NCBI GenBank assembly: GCA_973895155.1
Contig: OZ316891.1
Span: 17,668,095-17,732,094 of the forward strand
Length of the DNA stretch: 64,000 nucleotides
Source: Marsupella aquatica
Lineage: Eukaryota > Plantae > Marchantiophyta
Direction: 5' to 3'
Positions within the stretch are counted from its first letter, which is position 1; each line of letters begins with the position of its first letter. Shown one piece after another: positions 57,084-64,000 of this stretch. Below the pieces are notes generated by a model. It did no database searches, had not been told where the DNA came from, and was given only the letters and a program-made list of their open reading frames with translations. The translations under genes were made by a program, and so were the position numbers.

Positions 57084-59049
57084 ATGCCACGAACAAAGGC
57101 CCAGGTACTACTCGCTCACGAATTACTTCATGAATTAGAACATGAGTTGAATATTCAGTTACTGACACACCTCGCAGAGTATGAGTAGACTCACGTATTG
57201 CATGTGGTCCCATTTCAGGCTCGTAGTCCGGCAATGTGCGAATCCACTATGCTCCAACGTCGATCATCAGAGGTGGATGGGGATACGGATGTGCCAGTGC
57301 TCCCTGTGGCCATCCTGACCAAACCACGTCAGCGGTTGCTACTCGAGGACCCACCACCGGTCCCACAGGATCAGTCCTTTGAACCCATCGAACCCAACAA
57401 TAGTGAGGAGGATGAAACCCAGGTTATGGCAATGATACTGCCGAGTCCTTCCAAAATGGTACCAAGAACAACTACGAAGAGACGAAAGTCGTATGTTGGG
57501 AATCAATATAAAAAACATCACGTACCCCACACTGCCAACCATGAATCACTTCCAGCCCAAAATAGACCAACCTGCAATGACAGCAACGTTAACCCTCCTG
57601 GCCACGGACCTTCGACTGAGGCAGGGAATTCGGGTGTCGACCGTGGATCTTTGTGCAAGTGTGTCCAAATGCCCGAAGCATGTGCAATATGCAAATCGGT
57701 AAGTGAACTCAGACCGTGGCAATTTAATTTTGTGTGTGAGTGGCAAGACCTTCGACTCAAATCAAATCCTGCTTTTTTTCTCAACAGGAGTCACAACTGG
57801 CATGCGAAGCTAAAGAGGGAGTGCATTTTTCTCGTCTCGGCATTGGCGCTGTGTGCAAGACATTGCCGTGCAGGAATGTGCGTTTCAATAACCGTCGCAC
57901 ATATGGCTGCCATGTTTTCAAGAAGCATGGCCTCATCACTGAAGGGACTCCCCGAATCTTCTATACAAAAGACATTGTTCCACTGAATGGTGCAAGGCCA
58001 AAGCAAGCAGGGCTGCAATTGTCGTCCAATTACTATGACGTGAAGGGAACACTACGACAAAGATGGAGCATTGCCAAAAAACGGGTGAAGTACGTACATC
58101 AGCCCATAAAGGTCGATCATATCCTGCATTATTTTGTCTGTCGTGGCCACCATGTACTGATTGGAAGGAAATGCAATTTGTGGTGTAGGGCTTTGACTCA
58201 CACCAAGTACGTCATCCAATTTGAAGACAATCGTATAAGAAATCCCCCGCCCACAGTTCCATCTGAACCTATGTTTATCATGTTCTTTGAGTTAATCATG
58301 CCAACAATTGGCTTCCAGGTTTGGGATAGTCTTCTCAATGACACTCACTGGGCCTGCTTGCAATCCTTGCTCGCGCAATGCCCACATTCCTCGACCGTAG
58401 GTTCCTGGACCACCACAGCTTTTTCTGATGTGGAGCACATTGCCTATGGGCACTTAGACGACTTTCAACTTGGAAGACTGACCCGACTAGCTACAGTCAT
58501 GAGGAATTTCTTTGAACCAGTTCAACCCTCAATCGATGCTCATTTGATTGATTATGCAATGGCGCAGTCTCGACAATACATGTGCGATGATGCTTTGAAT
58601 TGGATGTGTACAAAGCGTGACAGTCTAATGTGGGACGAGGAACACGGATGGGCAATTTATCAGAGTCTGGGGGAAAAGGAGTACAAGGTTTGGAAGGAAG
58701 GCAACAAGGCTCATGCAATTCAGTGTTACATACCCAACATAGTGGCCTCATACAAGACTCATGTGTCTTGTACCGAAGATTTTGCAATGGACCAGGTAAA
58801 ATGTATTTTCACTTTTCACTTTTACAACCTTTCACTGCTGTCCGTGTTTAAGCGTGAATGGTTTACTTTGTGATGTAAATAGTCAAATAACTATATTCAG
58901 TAACCATTTATGTTTCGCAGGTTTTGCTGGAGGCTGTGTGGATTGACACCTCAGACGAGGAGCCAATAGACGAGTCTGATGCTGATAGAAAGGATCAGGA
59001 GCGTTGTCTTGATGAAGACGCGGCTGAAATGTTCGGAAATGTAGTGTAG
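57084..59049 (+). CDS. Spliced cargo gene (~545 aa) with a Cys-rich AWS-like and degenerate SET-like region. Exons 57084-57104, 57219-57698, 57788-58795, 58921-59049
   Basis: All junctions are canonical and phase 0 (CAG|GTAC, TTTCAG|GCT, TCG|GTAAGT, CAACAG|GAG, CAG|GTAAA, GCAG|GTT). The frame is open from MPRTKAQ to an acidic tail. The domain call is by eye only. Confidence 0.65.
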
Positions 59050-59506
59050 TAAGGAGCATGCTACATGTCAGTAGTGTGTATTGGTGCACAGTTTAGGTTA
59101 CACTATCCCAACTTGCGCGGGTTTCAAAAAGTTACGTAGCCAGTGATAGATACACGGATCCATCTGATCTTGTATGGATTCCTCAGTAATAAAGATACCG
59201 ACGCTCACATTCTGAATGCAATTGTGTTTCTCGCCTAGTAACTAAGGCATTTTGAAGGCGCGCATGACCCGGAACTGTAAGGGAAGCCATATTCAATTTC
59301 ATTCAGACCACTAGGAAAACTCATATGTAAAGATGACGTGTGTGTAAATGCTTTGCGAGCATTTAAATTCAGGTCTTACATGCAAACAATCATGCCGACG
59401 CTATATATTCATATATGATGCCCACTCTTCAAATACAACCAAGGCGCAAATGACCATAGATTATGCGCGCTGCCAAATAAATGTATGGAATTAATCTTCG
59501 ATGGCA

Positions 59507-62500
59507 CTATTCATCCACGATCGATACTATTGGGTACTCCTTAGGAGCAATTGCTTCTTTGTCGGATGTCAATCCTGACTCAAACGCATGTAAGATTTCG
59601 GGGAAAGTAGGCGACATAGCCCAAGTCTGGCTACAGCCAATGTGGATTTGACCAAGAATGTCCATGTTGGCTGCAGTCGCTGGTGCTTGAAGGACCGCGG
59701 ATTGAGAAGCCTGGGTAATTGCGGTGTGCAGCGGGAAGGGTGGCGCTGATCGATTTTTTCGAGTCTTGGCCGCCCTTGATGTGACAGGCTTTGACGATTT
59801 TCCATTCACCTTTGTAGCAGTGTGGTCTGTGATGGTTGTGCACATTTCCCCAAGGGCTTCCATGGATTCCTTATCAAACTTAGCTTGGAATGATAAAGCC
59901 TTATCCTTCCGTTTAATCTGTAGTTTATCAGGGGCGTTGTGCCCACGCACCATATTCCGCGGGTCCTGAGGACGCGGGTCTTCATTCTCTTTGTTGCACA
60001 TGTCATTGCCAACTTTCTCCTTGCGCTTGCGTCTTCCCTTTGCAATCATCAATTTGTCTACCCAACCACGTTTGGGGACGGTAGATCTGTCTACACCCTC
60101 ATCTGGAGTAAGCTTTTGAAGACCCGACTCAGGCTGCAGCCTGGCAACATTTTGTTGTGCCTCTCTCACGAACAGAGACTCCATCCAATGCTTCAACTCA
60201 ATCAACCCTTGTTTGGCAAGGGTCGGGTGATATGAAATCTGATTGTAACATCTGGAGATAACCAGTTGGTACTCCTCCAAAGGCGGAGAAAGATCATCAA
60301 CCTGCGATGTGCCTTCAGGCGGTGCCTCCCACATATCCTCTCCATCATACATTAGACTGACATTGCCAACCTGCGTAGGCAAGTCCGAGCCTTCCCCATG
60401 CGCTACGTTGAAGTGGTGATCAAGCCCACCCGAAAATGACCCCATTTTGGTTCCGAGCTGCTAGAGAATTTCCAACTCTATCATCTTCTTTGTCAGTAGC
60501 AGGACTTTTATCTGCGCATCATGACATGAAAACTAGGTAAGATTGAATCTCAATGAAGTTTGTGCCCGCACTATACATGTACTGTCGCCAAACATATAAC
60601 GGGACTTGGTATGAAAATTACCTGGTGCTTGCATGCATTTCCCTGTAATGAATACCCACATGTACATCCGCAACTGTCTTTGTCCCAGTCTGTGACAAGA
60701 TGTTCCTTGGTCTGAGGATTGTTCGAGGAGGTGCTACGAACACATGCACATTTGGCCACCCCATAGTTGAATGTCTGGACGTAATCATCTGGGATTGCTT
60801 TGGCTCTATTCAGGGACTTATGCACAAGCTGCTCGATAGTCTTGTTCCTGATACGACCCTGGAACTTTTCTGCAGCAATACACCAATAGTGGTTCTCCAA
60901 GACTCTCATACGACCAAGTAGCCATGGTATTGATCGACCTGTAATGCTGTACCTACCCGCCTTCAACTCCATCTTTAGGGTGTGGTGCCAACGTTCGATA
61001 CCCCCATTTGTATTTTGGTTGGCATGATGGTACCCTCTTAACTTGACTGCCCAGGAGCAAACCTTCTTATGCCACTCTCGTTTGTAGTAAGCAACAAAAA
61101 TGGGCTGGCTGTCAACCCACCGATCCATAAATGCTTCTGACTCTTCTGTGATGTCTGTGAAGTAATATGTTAGCCCTGAACATGAGGAGCACATATACAA
61201 ACCTCAAAACTTCTGCTCATATGGATCCCATGGCAGCAATAATGAGCAAAGAACTGGCAGGAATGAATTATGCGCAGAGAAAATGAGAAACTCACCAGTC
61301 CCTTCAGAATACATTATTGCTCCCAAATGTGCATTGATTTGGGCTTTGGCAAATGGGCAGAAGACTTTTGTGATTATATTTTTTGTCCAAGCACGTCGAA
61401 CATGCCATGTGCAAAATGTTATGTGCACTTTTGGAAACACCTGTCTGTACACATGCCATGATGTATGGTGTCAAATTGAAGTTGTCAAGTGGTTAGATTG
61501 CACAGTGCTTGAAAGCAAAAACTTACTATACCTGATAGCGGCTTGTTCCTCGTCTGCTACATCGATAATCCAACAATTAGGAGTCCAAGGAACGGGTAAA
61601 TTGAGATGTGCCCTCCTGGCATTCACACAGTCTTTCAAAGCCATCAAGATTTGGCTGACTTGCAGGGCTCCGTAGGTTTGTAGCAGAGCAAATGCAACAG
61701 GAATGGCATTTTGGAATTTGTCAAAGACTACCACCGTGTAAAAGGAGAACTGCAACAAATAAGAAAGAAAGTAATAAGCATGGGTGTAACATTACAAGCT
61801 GACAAAAATTAAATTATGTAATACATAACAAAGAATCACTAAAATTTGCCACGGCAATTTAACACATTCCAATGAGCTTACACCAAAGTGATTGGTGCCG
61901 AAAGTTGCATCAAATGCAACAGGTCCTTCATGACCAAGTTGAGCTAGCTTCTTTTGCTGCTAGGGAGACGACCACATGAGGATGAAAGGCTGGTTTTCCA
62001 ATTTTATCTGTGGCTGATATAACAAAACTTGGTCACCATTTTGAACGACCCACAATTGTATAGCTTGTGCTTCGTCAGAGCAGTAATCCGGTTGCCGACG
62101 TCGCATAGAATCCCTGACTGTTTGGACATCTCGCGGAGTAAGCTGCATGTCCCTGGACATGATCACATCTGCATCCTCGTCCGGGTGATCTTTCCGCCAT
62201 CTTGTAAGAATCTCTTCAAAGTGAGCATCAACAATTGCCTTGGCTGTCAAACCTGCCCTCAGGTACCGTTCTATTTTAGTCCGTAGCTTCAATGAAATTC
62301 TGGGGGCTATGTGTGCATTTGCTTCAAATGCAGTGGGATCCTGCAGGCCATGGCAAACCAAATTCTGTCTGTCCAAATGATCTTTGCGGATCCATCTGAT
62401 CAATAGAGCCCCTGGACGATCCTCAAATTTGGTAGAAGTAAATGAACATCTGCATCCACGACGGACAAACATCCCTGCATGCAGGACAGGAAAACAACCC

Positions 62501-63258
62501 AACAAAAAGCGTGTTATAGTGAAACGCTGATGGACAAAAATGAGCAGAATGAAATGAATGAAAAAAGTGGAGTGATTATAATTCAAGTCACCTGTTAATG
62601 TTTTTCTCTTTAGAAAAACGCCTGCCTCCTGTGATTTCAGTTTATCAGGGACCTTCGTTGATTTCCAGCCTCGGTAATCTTCCGGACCAAAGCAGCAGCA
62701 ATATAAAGTTGTGGTCTTCACCAAAGGGCCAGTTTTGTAGATTCGGTTCTCCACCATATGTCGGGTGGTGAACTGAGTGTGGAAATTATCTCGCATGTTC
62801 TCCCCCCATATAAAATCTGTAAGCCGAGCCTCAGGAATCCAAGCGTAATCCTCTTTCGATCCAAACCATTGAAGAGCAGTATATTCGAATTCCCCGGGAG
62901 GCGGAATCTGAATTCTATCACATGTTGAGTAGGTACAGTGGCTTCTGCGTATGGCAGGACATTTCCGTGGAAGGGGGTCGAGCTCAATTTCTGCATCGTC
63001 ATCGAAATTCAGGTCCCGCACATGTTCTTCAATGCCATCCAGTGCATGTTGCACAACATTTTCCGATCTTGCGACCTTAAATTCATGGAGCCCGCTGTCA
63101 AATGTGTGTACCGGCAGAGATTCCCTTCCATTGTTGAAGGCGACCATCCTCTCCTGCAAAAAAGCATCGGACATTGGCATAGGCCCAGTATGGGGTTCAG
63201 TGCTTCCATTGCGCACGACTTCCCGCTGTGCATGTGTTGACGCAGATGTCGTAGACAT
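59507..63258 (-). pseudogene. MULE transposase (N-terminal C2H2/GCM-WRKY-like, DDE, SWIM), spliced, with two premature TAG codons
   Basis: CFGPEDY..RGCRCSF..HLD..CHG, AFDATFGTN (D), WIIDVAD (D), FCTWHVRRAW (CxxH), NTNGGIERWH (E) and SWIM CTCGYSLQGNACKH. Stops at 61960-61962 and 60461-60463. Confidence 0.9.
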
Positions 63259-63515
63259 CGATGAAACCAGTCGAGTCTTCTCAAAAGTTAGCACGAGGCA
63301 ACTGCATGCGGCACACAGGGAACACGAATGATAAACTGGAATGAGCCAAACATTCCATTCCTCATGCGGAAATGTGCATGCTGTGGCAGAGAATGTGCAG
63401 GAGGCTACATTCCACCACCACATGGAACTGTGCAGAGTACACACACGTTCGCTGCCATTCCAATCCCGCTCAAAACAAAGTATACTCATGTTTGAATGCG
63501 TACACACTGGTGGTC

Positions 63516-63832
63516 AAATTTTGACAAAGTATGATTCCATGTACATACAACTTGGACAAGGGGGGCGACTGTGTCGAAGGTAGCAGCCCACGAGGACTTG
63601 GGGTGCGGGCGGGCGAGTGAACTGGGCCCGGAATGCCTTGCGAAGGGGATAGGGACAGCCCGGTCTGGCCCTTGGGAACAGGTGCGCTGACTCACCGAAT
63701 GGCAAGGGACACGCTGCCCGAAAACCTCACTGACTCCCCAAACTCGTAATCACATGTAAGTAGGCTCGCGTTACTGTAATCCGTCCTGCCTCGATGCATT
63801 AATGTGCATCGAGACTGGCGATCGCGCTGAAT
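63516..63832 (-). repeat. Right terminal inverted repeat (317 bp)
   Basis: Exact reverse complement of 55121-55437. Confidence 0.97.
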
Positions 63833-64000
63833 TGCTGCTCTTTCTTTCAGTTTTCATGTAATCAAAGCAAGCTCTTTCGTCATGGATCAGGTTACAGGTT
63901 TTTATCTATACAAGGCAGCTCCACTATCCATCTTTAGGTCATAAATAGAGATTACGCCCCTAATCAAAGATTTCATTCTTGATTAATAAAATTCTTAAAG

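Larger units (their letters stand above)
55121..63832 (-). mobile_element. Mutator-like (MULE) DNA transposon, ~8.7 kb, complete ends
   Basis: Identical 317-bp TIRs, flanking TSD (T)TGCTGCTC at 55112/3-55120 and 63832/3-63840, and an internal MULE-SWIM transposase. Confidence 0.96.

Noticed and set aside
57198-58873. Programmed frameshift between overlapping ORFs 57198-57986 and 57740-58873
   Set aside because: A canonical GT-AG intron (57699-57787) explains the frame change.
61960-63507. 515-aa ORF as a complete standalone protein
   Set aside because: It includes an in-frame intron (62475-62591) and likely UTR, and it ends at a premature TAG; transposase motifs continue in frame beyond it.

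Overview
Intron-rich land-plant nuclear DNA, probably a bryophyte or liverwort (inferred from gene content and long UTRs). The left ~49 kb holds six spliced genes, all on the minus strand: chloroplast FtsH2/8-type protease, PPH1/TAP38-like PP2C, CDC25/ACR2-like rhodanese, a plastid-targeted Mpv17/PMP22 protein, a secreted Pro-rich + PLAT protein, and an At4g02010/ALE2-like receptor kinase. It also contains tRNA-Val(AAC), initiator tRNA-Met, a decayed genomic duplicate of the PP2C 3' end, a tRNA-headed SINE-like element with a 4x hairpin array, a dispersed ~820-bp repeat pair, retroelement remnants and many short tandem duplications. The main feature is an 8.7-kb Mutator-like element (55121-63832) with identical 317-bp TIRs and an 8/9-bp TSD. 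It carries a MULE-SWIM transposase resembling the domesticated angiosperm At1g60560/At4g13970 family, with two nonsense codons. It also carries two convergent cargo genes: an RPA1 DBD-C-like OB-fold/Zn-ribbon gene (one nonsense codon) and an intact spliced gene that by eye resembles a degenerate AWS-SET protein. All homology calls come from recalled motifs, not database searches.
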